Positions 1 to 8,698 of a DNA stretch of 64,000 bases are shown in pieces (within the stretch, counting starts at the first letter, position 1; every line of letters begins with the position of its first letter). The translations under genes and the position numbers were made by a program. The notes beneath the pieces are model-generated. The model was given only the letters and a program-made list of their open reading frames with translations. It had not been told where the DNA came from and searched no databases. Source of the DNA: Gammaproteobacteria bacterium. Its GTDB lineage: Bacteria; Pseudomonadota; Gammaproteobacteria; Ga0077536. The stretch lies in NCBI GenBank assembly GCA_963662545.2, contig CAXXLL010000002.1, positions 992,001 through 1,056,000 of the forward strand, read 5' to 3'.

Positions 1-115
1 TCGTCGTATTGAACTTAGCACCATAAAATTGCGGCGTGGACCGGAGCCGAATTCATTGGCCTTTTGCCATACTGCGGCGCTTCCGGTGGCCTGTTCGCAA
101 TGATTTTCTTTCGCA

Positions 116-225
116 ACCTAACGCTAGGATAACCGGCGTGTTACAGCCAGCTCATTTGGGGCGAAAATGCGAAGCCGCCCCAAATGAGCTGGCTGTAACA
201 CGTCCGGTTGATCCATTTGTTAGGC
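116..225 (-). repeat. attC site (cassette 4)
   Basis: ACCTAAC at 116-122 and GTTAGGC at 219-225 bound a long imperfect palindrome; similar to the three other copies. Confidence 0.93.
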
Positions 226-267
226 GGCAGTTTTTCGAACCAATTTCGACCTCTACTTTCATTCCGG

Positions 268-783
268 TTATTCACATCTAAGCCAGTCCAAATCTTCATT
301 CGCTGGTGTTATATCCAGGTTCGTTTCGTTCAGGCGTCCTTCTATATGAATCGTAAGCGTTTCGGGCGGCAAGTGCTTCCAAGCTTCCCACCATTGACGC
401 CCTCCAGGTGAAAGCACGAAAGATAAGTACAGACTCTCACTTTTTCTGAAAAGCGCCTCATCTTGGAGCATGCCGCTTTTGTACAGCGTCCAAACTTGAT
501 AATAGCCGTTCGTAAGCAACTGCATTTTGGAATGAAACACTGCTTTCCCGTTTCGATCTAGTTCGCCGAATCGGCTTAGCCCTTCTCTAAAATTCTCGGC
601 AGCTTTTTCGTCAGACGTCATAGCAGCATAGGCATCTACGAACTCCTTCACAGCCTCTTTCAACGCCTGCGCCGACTGTTGCCGGTTGTTTTGCCTGATC
701 TGTACTGACAGATAGCCAAGAGTCGCGACTACAGCTACGACACCAATAATTTCCGCAATAGCGCCGACAGCTTCCCAGTTCAT
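268..783 (-). CDS. Integron cassette protein of unknown function with an N-terminal TM helix
   Basis: 171-aa ORF fills the space between two attC sites; hydrophobic N-terminus MNWEAVGAIAEIIGVVAVVATLGYLSVQIRQN. Confidence 0.85.
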   Translation of the reverse strand: MNWEAVGAIAEIIGVVAVVATLGYLSVQIRQNNRQQSAQALKEAVKEFVDAYAAMTSDEKAAENFREGLSRFGELDRNGKAVFHSKMQLLTNGYYQVWTLYKSGMLQDEALFRKSESLYLSFVLSPGGRQWWEAWKHLPPETLTIHIEGRLNETNLDITPANEDLDWLRCE

Positions 784-800
784 AAAAAGTTTCTACTGCC

Positions 801-911
801 GCCTAACGCTAGGATAACCGACGTGTTGCAGCTGGTTTGTTTTCGACGAAAATGCGCAGCACGGCTAAAACAAGCCAGCTGCAACACGGCCGGTTGATCC
901 ACTGGTTAGGC
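801..911 (-). repeat. attC site (cassette 3)
   Basis: GCCTAAC 801-807 to GTTAGGC 905-911; the TAA stop of ORF 906-1442 lies inside the inverse core site. Confidence 0.93.
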
Positions 912-1442
912 GTCATTTTCCTTTGTCCAGTGTTGCGGTTGGTAAAACGGAACGGCCTCAATGATCGACGGCGCATCGGGACCGAGTTCGCTGAGTTTTT
1001 TGTCGAACAGCCCCACGAATCTTGGGTCATATACGGTTTTTACGACTTTCCACCACGAGCGAACGCCGGATGGGCTTAACATCATTATGGTCATCGCCTC
1101 ACGCGACGAATACGTGACATCGTCTATGGCTCCGCGATTCCACAACAGCCAGCAAGTTTCGCACCACCTGATGTAGGCGTGTAGGTATAGATGCGCCCTA
1201 GCTTGTTCTTGGGCGGACAATGATTCCCAATCGCTCGCGGCTCGGACAAAAACGCGTGTTAGTTCTTCATCATCGCGAAGATCTTGGACAAGATCTTTTT
1301 CGGTGTTGTTAATCTCGATAATCGCATCGCCATGCAACTGGTTCGTGTGTTGACGTATCTGGGTCGCTAGGTATAACAGTGTGACGACTGTTGCTACCGC
1401 TGCGAGGATTTCTCCAACGCTGCCGAGGTCTTGAATGGTCAT
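906..1442 (-). CDS. Integron cassette protein of unknown function, paralogue of 268-783
   Basis: 178 aa; same N-terminal motif (G..GEI.A.VA.V.TL.YLA.QIRQ) and a C-terminal SP.G.R.WW motif. Confidence 0.85.
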   Translation of the reverse strand: MTIQDLGSVGEILAAVATVVTLLYLATQIRQHTNQLHGDAIIEINNTEKDLVQDLRDDEELTRVFVRAASDWESLSAQEQARAHLYLHAYIRWCETCWLLWNRGAIDDVTYSSREAMTIMMLSPSGVRSWWKVVKTVYDPRFVGLFDKKLSELGPDAPSIIEAVPFYQPQHWTKENDA

Positions 1443-1465
1443 AGGACGAATGTAATCGTAATGAC

Positions 1466-1575
1466 GCCTAACGCTAGGATAACCTGCGTGTTACAGCGTG
1501 CTTCTTTTTAGCGAAAATGCGAAGCTGCTGAAAAGAATCACGCTGTAACACGTCAGGTTGATCCATTTGTTAGGT
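1466..1575 (-). repeat. attC site (cassette 2)
   Basis: GCCTAAC 1466-1472 to GTTAGGT 1569-1575 with a palindromic core. Confidence 0.93.
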
Positions 1576-1710
1576 GGCGGGGCGATTAACGAAGCCTGGG
1601 CCATATTTCTTTTGCATTTGACAGAGGTGGACCCCGGCGGTTGGACAGAGAACAGGAGCTGATAAGTGGAATCTTCTAGCTTAGGAATCTCGTGAGAGAA
1701 GGAGCAGAAG

Positions 1711-2001
1711 ATGACCCGAAGAAAGCGACGTAATCACGCATCGGCGTTCAAGGCCAAGGTCGCTCTGGCGGCGGTGAAGGGCGAACGCACACGGGCCGAG
1801 CTGGCCGAGCAGTTCGACGTTCATCCTAATCAGAGCCAGGACTGGAAGAAGCGCCTGGTGGAAGGCGCCGAGGACGTGTTTGGCGTGAACGCTGTGGAGG
1901 CCCAGCACAACGAAAAGGGGGTAGAGAAGCTCCACGCCAAGATCGGGCAGTTGGCGATGGAGAACGATTTTTTATCCACAGTGCTCGGGCGCGACCGATG
2001 A
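1711..2001 (+). CDS. IS3-family transposase OrfA (HTH)
   Basis: RRNHASAFKAKVAL...ELAEQFDVHPNQ HTH; T-TTT-TTA heptamer at 1968-1974 could allow a -1 frameshift into the open orfB frame. Confidence 0.9.
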   Translation: MTRRKRRNHASAFKAKVALAAVKGERTRAELAEQFDVHPNQSQDWKKRLVEGAEDVFGVNAVEAQHNEKGVEKLHAKIGQLAMENDFLSTVLGRDR

Positions 2002-2843
2002 GCGAGCGCCGGCAACAAATTCACACAGCGCATAAGGTGCCCAGGACGCGGCGCTGCGAATTGCTCGAGGTGGCACGCTCGAGCGCGTACTACCGTCCCG
2101 AGCCGGTCAGCGAGACAGATCTGATGCTGATGCGGCTGATCGACGAGATCCACCTGCAGTGGCCGTTTTACGGCCGTCGGCGGATCCGCGACGAACTGGA
2201 AGATCGCGGCCATGTGGTCAACCGCAAGCGGGTCCAACGTCTGATGCGTCAGATGGATTTGAGGGCTTTGTATCCACGACGCCGAACGAGCCAGTCCGGG
2301 AAGGGACACAAGATCTACCCGTACCTGCTCAGGGATCTGGCTATCGAACGGCCGAACCAGGTCTGGGCGAGCGACATCTGCTACCTCCCGATGGCCAGAG
2401 GGTTCATGTACCTGGTGGCCATCATGGACTGGCATTCGCGCCGGGTGCTGTCGTGGCGCGTGTCGAACACGTTGGATACGGACTTCTGTATCGAGGCGCT
2501 GGAAGAGGCCCTGCAGCGTTTCGGCGCGCCGGAAATCTTCAACACCGATCAGGGGTCCCAGTTTACCTCCGAGGCGTTCACCGGCGTACTCAAAGACCAG
2601 GGCATCAAGATCAGCATGGATGGCAAGGGGCGCTGGGTGGACAACGTGTTCGTTGAACGGCTCTGGCGCAGCGTGAAATATGAGGACGTATACTTACGCG
2701 CCTATGCAACGCCAACCGAGCTTCGTGTCGGATTGGACCGGTACTTCAAGTTCTACAACACTAAGCGCCGTCACAGCGCGCTGGACCGACGCACCCCGGA
2801 TGCGGTGTACTTCGATTTGGCTGGCCGCACGTTGGCAGCCTGA
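1998..2843 (+). CDS. IS3-family transposase OrfB (DDE/rve)
   Basis: WASDICY, FNTDQGSQFTS and DNVFVERLWRSVKYE motifs; -1 frame relative to orfA with an ATGA overlap. Confidence 0.92.
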   Translation: MSERRQQIHTAHKVPRTRRCELLEVARSSAYYRPEPVSETDLMLMRLIDEIHLQWPFYGRRRIRDELEDRGHVVNRKRVQRLMRQMDLRALYPRRRTSQSGKGHKIYPYLLRDLAIERPNQVWASDICYLPMARGFMYLVAIMDWHSRRVLSWRVSNTLDTDFCIEALEEALQRFGAPEIFNTDQGSQFTSEAFTGVLKDQGIKISMDGKGRWVDNVFVERLWRSVKYEDVYLRAYATPTELRVGLDRYFKFYNTKRRHSALDRRTPDAVYFDLAGRTLAA

Positions 2844-2994
2844 AACCTAAGGAAGATTTCACTTACGGCACTGTCCAAGTTTCGGGGTCCATTTCTGACA
2901 GCGTGTTTAGTTGCACTTTACTTGGAAATCTAAGCAGCATATTGCACATCACACATCATTATCACAGTGAAAGTAGCAACTGTTGTAACTCTAT

Positions 2995-3408
2995 CTAAAG
3001 AACACACTTCAACAGGCCGCCAAATCCCCAGATGATTGTGCCACCGATTAGGATTGCCGCATAAACGCTAGCGACACGCTTTTCGCTACTTTCTTTCTGT
3101 CTAAGTACAAATCTCTTCGCATGTGCAACGGTTCCCGACGCCTCTTCTTCAATCTCGGCGTCGCTTGCCGCCATCTCGATACTGTCTTTTTTGGTTTCTA
3201 AATCAGATATAACTCCTTCGAATCCCTTTGCATAGAGTGTATTGATTTCTAGATATCCGAAAAATATTCCTACGCAAACAATTAGGGCTCCTGACCGTGA
3301 AAAGAAATCGGGCCAAAGCCAAATAAATTCGGCTATGAGTCCAAAAGCGGCAAAGATTATCGCCGCTCCAATCGCCAGTTTCTCTTCGCTATAGAATTTA
3401 GCGGTCAC
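2995..3408 (-). CDS. Integron cassette membrane protein of unknown function
   Basis: 137 aa with three hydrophobic segments and lower GC; starts just after the recombination core at 3440-3446. Confidence 0.75.
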   Translation of the reverse strand: MTAKFYSEEKLAIGAAIIFAAFGLIAEFIWLWPDFFSRSGALIVCVGIFFGYLEINTLYAKGFEGVISDLETKKDSIEMAASDAEIEEEASGTVAHAKRFVLRQKESSEKRVASVYAAILIGGTIIWGFGGLLKCVL

Positions 3409-3439
3409 TGGTCACCCTTGGTCTGAAATATTTTATGCC

Positions 3440-3548
3440 ACCTAACGCTAGGATAACCGGCGTGTTACAGCTGGCTCATTTGGAGTGAAAATGCGCAGCC
3501 GCTTCAAATGAGCCAGCTGTAAACGTCCGGTTGATCCTTTTGTTAGGT
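3440..3548 (-). repeat. attC site (cassette 1)
   Basis: ACCTAAC 3440-3446 to GTTAGGT 3542-3548; the brnA stop codon lies inside the inverse core site. Confidence 0.93.
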
Positions 3549-3818
3549 TTTTTCATTTCCGTGCGCTTCCATATAAGTTCTAAGGACGGCGTTTATACGA
3601 GTTTGATACCCTTTCCCCTGATTCCGAAACCATTTAAGTACATCTGAGTCGAGTCGAACGGTGATGCTCGATTTCTTCGATGGCATTCGAAGCTCCGCGG
3701 ACTTAAAGAACTCTGGATCAAGCGGTGGGATATCTGACGTATCAATGTCGGTATCCGTCTGAGATTGGACTTCATCCCAATCGGTTTTTGATCGCTTTTT
3801 CGAAGGCTTTGCGCTCAT
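3543..3818 (-). CDS. brnA: BrnA antitoxin
   Basis: C-terminal ITVRLDSDVLKWFR..GKGYQTRINAVLR ribbon-helix-helix motif; overlaps brnT. Confidence 0.92.
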   Translation of the reverse strand: MSAKPSKKRSKTDWDEVQSQTDTDIDTSDIPPLDPEFFKSAELRMPSKKSSITVRLDSDVLKWFRNQGKGYQTRINAVLRTYMEAHGNEKT

Positions 3819-4062
3819 GATTCAATGCTTTCCTCAACGAGATAATTCGGATGATTTCTCCATCATTACGTTCCGTAAATGCGACCACTGCACATATCGA
3901 TTCGAGGAGCCCGATACCCAGCCATCTCGGTTCGCCATAGTCTTCACGGCTATCGAGTAGGCTAAGTACTGGACCTTCGAATAGGGTGACAGCGTCGCGG
4001 AAATCGAGGCCGTGTTTGCGAAGATTTTCCTTTCTCTTCGATTCGTCCCACTCGAATTCCAT
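3772..4062 (-). CDS. brnT: BrnT ribonuclease toxin
   Basis: MEFEWDESKRKENLRKHGLDF...DYGEPR...IRIISLRKA motifs. Confidence 0.93.
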   Translation of the reverse strand: MEFEWDESKRKENLRKHGLDFRDAVTLFEGPVLSLLDSREDYGEPRWLGIGLLESICAVVAFTERNDGEIIRIISLRKALNHERKAFEKAIKNRLG

Positions 4063-4069
4063 CGAATGG

Positions 4070-4098
4070 AGTGTAGTTACATAACGTAACTACGTCAA
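4070..4098 (-). promoter_or_regulatory. sigma-70 promoter of brnTA with overlapping palindromic operator
   Basis: Minus strand TTGACG-17 bp-TACACT; inverted repeat GTAGTTAC-N5-GTAACTAC at 4073-4093. Confidence 0.8.
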
Positions 4099-4112
4099 TT
4101 AAGGTTTCGGAA

Positions 4113-4130
4113 ACCTAACAGTTATATGGA
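4113..4130 (-). other. Candidate attI recombination site
   Basis: Minus-strand GTTAGGT at 4113-4119 opens the first cassette, complements that cassette's inverse core, has no attC palindrome upstream and lies 5' of intI. Confidence 0.75.
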
Positions 4131-4266
4131 AAGAACGAGTAAATAGTGTAATAGACAGAATCCATTTTGTTGACTAAATAGGGAATCTGTATAGTCCTGG
4201 GGAGCTCGCTTGGATTAGCGCGTGTTTCTCGCTCAATTTACCCCCGAAGAACAAGGAGGTTCTGAC

Positions 4267-4596
4267 ATGGGCACTTCGCTTTCGCATCCTGGCGTTCCCG
4301 GATTCTGGGACCGCTTCATCGTAATTGCCGGCTCGCTGGAGCTTACTCGGAAACAGCTGCGCTGGCACGTACGGCGTGCCGAGCACTATTTGCGGGCGTA
4401 TCCCGACAAGCTCGTGACCGAGCACCAGGCCACCGATGTGAGCGCGTACCTGTCGGAATTAGGCAGAAGAACCGGGATAGAGCCATGGCAGTTCGTCCAG
4501 AGCGTGGATGCTATACGGACCCTGTTCGAGACAGTGGGTGATCTTGGTTGGCCGGGTAGGTTCGACTGGGACTATTGGAAGGGCAGTGCACGTTAG
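4267..4596 (+). CDS. N-terminal extension (SAM-like domain) of a long-form integron integrase, ending at an in-frame TAG
   Basis: Strong SD AAGGAGGT at 4253-4260; same frame as intI; only TAG 4594-4596 separates the two. Confidence 0.7.
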   Translation: MGTSLSHPGVPGFWDRFIVIAGSLELTRKQLRWHVRRAEHYLRAYPDKLVTEHQATDVSAYLSELGRRTGIEPWQFVQSVDAIRTLFETVGDLGWPGRFDWDYWKGSAR

Positions 4597-4653
4597 CTCG
4601 AGCCCTCGCACGCGACCATCGCCCGCGAGGCTGACGGGCCCGCGCGGCCCATA

Positions 4654-5670
4654 TTGGCGCGGGTCGAGGACCGGGCCGAGCGAGGGTGGATGGACAATAT
4701 CCGTGCGGCCCATGGCGAGGTGATTCGTCGTCTGATCACGCAGATCCGCCGGCGTGCCTATTCGATCAGGACCGAACAGGCCTATGAGCTCTGGTTGTGC
4801 CGCTTCATCCGCTTTACCGGGACTGACGATCCCGCAGTGCTCGGTGGGGGTGAGGTCATTCGCTTTCTGGAGTACCTTGCCGTCGAACGCCGCGTCGCGG
4901 TGAGCACGCAGAACCAGGCGTTCAATGCACTGGTATTCTTTTACAACAATGTGCTCGAACTCCCACTCGGTGAACTCGGCGGTTTTAAGCGGGCGAAGCG
5001 CCCGCGTCGATTGCCCGTGGTGCTGACCCGCGAAGAGGTGCGCAGACTGCTTGCTGGAATCGACGGCCTGCATGGCCTGATGGCGCGTCTTATCTATGGC
5101 ACGGGCATGCGTCTGATGGAATGCATCCGCCTGCGAGTCCAGGACATCGATTTCGATTACCGGCAAATCGTGATCCGGAATGCGAAGGGTGCAAAGGACC
5201 GGCTCGTCCCGCTGCCCGGCGTTTTGATTGAAACGATGCGTAAGCATCTCGCGGACGTCCGGGCGACGCATCTCGAAGATCTCGACCGGGGCCTCGGCGT
5301 GGTCTACCTGCCCGATGCACTGGACCGCAAGTATCCCAACGCCGCGCGCGAATGGATATGGCAGTACGCGTTTCCGAGTGGGCGCCTTTCCGTCGACCCG
5401 CGTTCGGGCCGAACCCGCCGCCATCATATTCACGAGAACAGCCTGCAGAAGGCGGTCAAGCGTGCGGCGCAGGCTGCAGCCGTCAGCAAGAAGGTCAGCA
5501 CGCATACGCTGCGCCACTCGTTTGCGACGCATCTGCTCGAATCGGGCTACGACATCCGCACGGTGCAGGAGTTGCTAGGCCACGCGGACGTATCAACGAC
5601 GATGATTTACACCCACGTACTGAACCGTGGTGGCAAAGGAGTGCAAAGCCCGCTGGATAAGCTCGGGTGA
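4654..5670 (+). CDS. intI: Integron integrase (tyrosine recombinase)
   Basis: Catalytic R (GTGMR), K (KGAKDR), [15 protein letters not shown] and Y (TMIYTHV) plus the integron-specific [20 protein letters not shown] insertion; start uncertain (4267 via readthrough, 4654 or 4690). Confidence 0.95.
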   Translation: MARVEDRAERGWMDNIRAAHGEVIRRLITQIRRRAYSIRTEQAYELWLCRFIRFTGTDDPAVLGGGEVIRFLEYLAVERRVAVSTQNQAFNALVFFYNNVLELPLGELGGFKRAKRPRRLPVVLTREEVRRLLAGIDGLHGLMARLIYGTGMRLMECIRLRVQDIDFDYRQIVIRNAKGAKDRLVPLPGVLIETMRKHLADVRATHLEDLDRGLGVVYLPDALDRKYPNAAREWIWQYAFPSGRLSVDPRSGRTRRHHIHENSLQKAVKRAAQAAAVSKKVSTHTLRHSFATHLLESGYDIRTVQELLGHADVSTTMIYTHVLNRGGKGVQSPLDKLG

Positions 5671-5813
5671 ATCCCGGGCGTCGAGGGATTTCGTACTCGA
5701 ATCCGCCGCGTCGCTCGCCGCCAGCAGGCGGGGCGGCGGAATGGGGAGATCGCTTACGCGTATTCCGAGGTATGTTTACCGATGTCGCGGAATTTCGCGT
5801 ACCGATACACCCA

Positions 5814-7457
5814 TCAACGCACCCGTTTCCTGAGATTGGCTGTCAATCGTGCGAGCGCCGGCGAATAATCATCCTGGGCAAGGCGCACGTGAATGATCGC
5901 GAGTTGGGTTGTGTCGGTCAGTGCCGAGGCCAATGCGTCTGCGAATTCGCCTTCGGTTTTCGCTTCGTAGCCGCGTCCGGCCCCGATCAGCTTCGGGATT
6001 TCTGCAAATGCCCAGGGATGGACGTCATTAAAGGGGCCGTCGAGTATGGGTCGTTCGGTGCCGTAGCCCTGGTTGTCGAATAGGACGACGATCGGTGTGA
6101 GACCGTAGCGAGCAGAGGTCGTGAGTTCCATTCCGGTCATCTGGAAAGCCCCGTCGCCGACCAGGACGAGCGGCCGCCATCCCGGTTCCGCGAGTTCGAG
6201 TGCGATGCTTGCCGGAATCGCAAAGCCGAGCGAGGCGTAGTAGGCGCAGGCGATGAATTCGGTGCGGGAGTGTATGGTCAGATCGATCGCCCCGAATAGC
6301 GCGTCACCCGGATCGGCCACCACGGCGATGTCTTTGGACAGGGTTGCATCGAGACATTCGAACACGCGAGATACCGTGATCGGCTCGTTGGCTGCTGCTT
6401 CGAAGGACGTCGGGTCGATGTGGCAGCTATCGGGGAGTGCGCCGCGGTCGACTAGATCCGCCCGGCACAGGGAGTCGAGAAAGGTCGCCAGATCGATGCC
6501 GCGGTAGTGGTGCCGGCGTATGCCGAGTTCATCGGCCGAAGCCGCGATGATCCGGGCCGGATCGAGATGCGCCGTGAAGATCCCGGTATTGAGGTCGGTC
6601 AGCATCGCGCCCAGGTTCAGCACGCAGTCGCTGTCCTCGACCGCCGCACGCACCATCTCGTTCGACAGCCCGCCGGCGTAGACGCCGACGAAGCCCGGCA
6701 GATCCTCGTTCACCACGGATTTACCCATGATAGTCGTTGCGAATCGTATGCCGGATTTCTGAATGAACTGGATCAATCGATCCTGCAAGCCAAAGCGGTG
6801 GATCTCGACACCGGCGAGCACGATGGGACGTTCGGCGGCGTTGAGCATGGCGACCGCCTCGTCGAGCGCCTCTTTGAGGACGGCGGGATCGATAGTCCTC
6901 TGGAGCCGTTCCCGCGCATGTTCGTGGTCGTCTTCTACACGTAGATCCACGCAGTCGCGCGGGATCTCGATGTAGACGGGACGCTTGTGGCGCGCCGCCG
7001 CGTCGAGCATGCGGATGATCTCCTGATGCGCGGTGGCCGGATCATCCAGCTTCGTTTGCGCCACGGTGATTTCCTGAAAGATGCGCATCTGCGTGTCGAA
7101 ATCGCGTACGCGATGGTGCAGCAGGGCGTCGCCCGTGATCTCGCGCACGCCCGGTGCGCCGCTGATGACGACCACGGGCGAGCGCTCGGCAAAGGCCTGG
7201 GCGGTGGAGTTGACGAGCTTGAGGCCACCCACGCCATAGGTGACGCAGGCGACGCCGAGCCCGCGCACGCGTGCGTAGGCATCGGCTGCGAATCCCGCGC
7301 CCTGTTCGTCGCAGGTGTTGATGAGCTGCAGGGGAGATTGCGTGATTTCGTCGAACAATCCCAGCGCGTAATCACCGGGGATCCCGAAGACGTGATCGAC
7401 CTTGCGCGCGAGGAGTTCCTCGATCAGGATCCGGGCAATGGTCCGCGGGGCTGTCAT
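5814..7457 (-). CDS. TPP-dependent alpha-keto acid (indolepyruvate/phenylpyruvate-type) decarboxylase
   Basis: FGIPGDY, TCDEQGAGFAADAYAR, LLHH and GDGAFQMTG...DNQGY TPP motif. Confidence 0.9.
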   Translation of the reverse strand: MTAPRTIARILIEELLARKVDHVFGIPGDYALGLFDEITQSPLQLINTCDEQGAGFAADAYARVRGLGVACVTYGVGGLKLVNSTAQAFAERSPVVVISGAPGVREITGDALLHHRVRDFDTQMRIFQEITVAQTKLDDPATAHQEIIRMLDAAARHKRPVYIEIPRDCVDLRVEDDHEHARERLQRTIDPAVLKEALDEAVAMLNAAERPIVLAGVEIHRFGLQDRLIQFIQKSGIRFATTIMGKSVVNEDLPGFVGVYAGGLSNEMVRAAVEDSDCVLNLGAMLTDLNTGIFTAHLDPARIIAASADELGIRRHHYRGIDLATFLDSLCRADLVDRGALPDSCHIDPTSFEAAANEPITVSRVFECLDATLSKDIAVVADPGDALFGAIDLTIHSRTEFIACAYYASLGFAIPASIALELAEPGWRPLVLVGDGAFQMTGMELTTSARYGLTPIVVLFDNQGYGTERPILDGPFNDVHPWAFAEIPKLIGAGRGYEAKTEGEFADALASALTDTTQLAIIHVRLAQDDYSPALARLTANLRKRVR

Positions 7458-7606
7458 CGCGCACCGGCGATCATGCTAACGCCATCATTTTCCGTCGGGA
7501 TCTCGAAATCGTCGTGGCAACGGGGTGAGTAGGTGTCCACCTTGCATGCCACCCAGACACTGGAAAATTCAAGTTCGTCGGCGAGCACGCTCTGTCCCCA
7601 GTTCTG

Positions 7607-8062
7607 TCAGTTAACGACCTGGTAGACGTTGTACTCGACGCGTCCGGAGCGCAACCGGCCCTGGCCGACGCAGACGATGTTGTTGACCCAGGCGTAACGC
7701 GGATCGCCGGTCTGCATGCGCGGCGTCGTGAAGAAATACTGGTCGCCATATTCCGTCTCGCCCTCGCCGGTGCTGAGCGCTTTTTGAATGGCGGGCGTCA
7801 ACTCGAGCTTGCCGGTGTACTCGACATAGATCATGGCCCCGTCGTGCGTTTCGAACGTGGCGCGCACGTCGAGGTGGCCGTAGTCTTCGGTCATGGTCAG
7901 CCAATCGGCGCAGCCGTTTTCACGGATTTTTCCCTTGAGTTTTTTACCCTCGAATTCGCCGCCGTGTACTTCGACGATCAGGCGGGTTCCATAGGCTCCG
8001 GCGCCGACTTCGAGGCCTTCACCGATGTTCGCATGGAAACTGAGCAATGGTTCGAATTTCAT
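7607..8062 (-). CDS. DUF3237 family beta-barrel protein
   Basis: GGEFEG.KLKG, ADW, LDVRATFETHDGA.IYVEY.G and YFFTTPRMQTGDPRY.WVN motifs. Confidence 0.88.
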   Translation of the reverse strand: MKFEPLLSFHANIGEGLEVGAGAYGTRLIVEVHGGEFEGKKLKGKIRENGCADWLTMTEDYGHLDVRATFETHDGAMIYVEYTGKLELTPAIQKALSTGEGETEYGDQYFFTTPRMQTGDPRYAWVNNIVCVGQGRLRSGRVEYNVYQVVN

Positions 8063-8165
8063 GTTGGTTTCTCCGTTGTTTTGGATCGTCGATCAATGCA
8101 TTTTAGCCTGTGCGCTACCGTCGTTCCGTTCGTCCGCAAGCGGGCGAAAAACGTCTCATCACCCG

Positions 8166-8621
8166 TCAGCCATTCACGACCTGATAGACTTCGTATTCGA
8201 CACACCGTGCCAACAAACGGCCCCGGGCGATGCAAACGATATTGTTGACCCAGCGATAGCGCGGATCGCCCGTCTGCATTCGCGGCGTGGTGAAAAAATA
8301 CGCCTCGCCGAACCCCGTATCACCTTCGCCCGCGAGCGCGGCTTGGATCGCCGGCGTCAATTCCAGACGCCCGAAGTACTCGACGTAGATGCGGGCATCG
8401 TCGTGGGTGACGAAGGTCGCCCTGACGTCGAGGTGGGCGAAATCCTCGGTCATCGTCAGCCAGTCGGCGCTGCCGGCGGCGCGAATCGACCCTTTGAGCT
8501 TGCCGCCTTCGAAGTGACCGCCGTTACTCTCGCCGATGAAGCGATGGCCGTAGGGACCGCCGCCGACGTCGAGCCCATCCCCGATGTCGATCGTGAAATT
8601 CATCAGTGCTTCGAGTTTCAT
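8166..8621 (-). CDS. DUF3237 family protein (tandem paralogue)
   Basis: Same length (151 aa) and motifs as 7607-8062. Confidence 0.88.
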   Translation of the reverse strand: MKLEALMNFTIDIGDGLDVGGGPYGHRFIGESNGGHFEGGKLKGSIRAAGSADWLTMTEDFAHLDVRATFVTHDDARIYVEYFGRLELTPAIQAALAGEGDTGFGEAYFFTTPRMQTGDPRYRWVNNIVCIARGRLLARCVEYEVYQVVNG

Positions 8622-8698
8622 GGTGTCTGGGTTGTCAAAGCAGGCCGTATCGTTTGCGCCAAACCGGATCTCATGGTCATTCTATGCCTGCTCACATC

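Larger units (their letters stand above)
1619..2900 (+). mobile_element. IS3-family insertion sequence (1282 bp)
   Basis: 5'-TG...CA-3' ends with ~30-bp imperfect IRs (TGACAGAGGTGGACCCCGGCGGTTGGACAG / CTGTCCAAGTTTCGGGGTCCATTTCTGACA) enclosing orfA and orfB. Confidence 0.93.
116..5670. mobile_element. Integron (intI + attI + attC cassette array on the minus strand; array probably continues left of the window)
   Basis: Tyrosine recombinase with the integron-specific insertion is transcribed divergently from ORFs that are each followed by a ~110-bp palindromic RYYYAAC...GTTRRRY site. Confidence 0.95.

Noticed and set aside
116-3548. Regularly recurring ~110-bp repeats as a CRISPR array
   Set aside because: The units are long palindromes with RYYYAAC/GTTRRRY ends separated by whole genes next to an intI, so they are attC sites; no cas genes are present
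4130-4266. LexA (SOS) box in the intI promoter
   Set aside because: Only half-sites (GACAG, CTGTAT) are present; no CTGT-N8-ACAG with correct spacing
4594-4596. Pyrrolysine or genome-wide amber recoding
   Set aside because: No pyl genes in the window, and TAG ends several intact genes here at their expected C-termini (e.g. 37632, 52032)
4459-5532. 357-aa ORF antisense to intI
   Set aside because: Shadow ORF of high-GC coding sequence with no recognisable motifs
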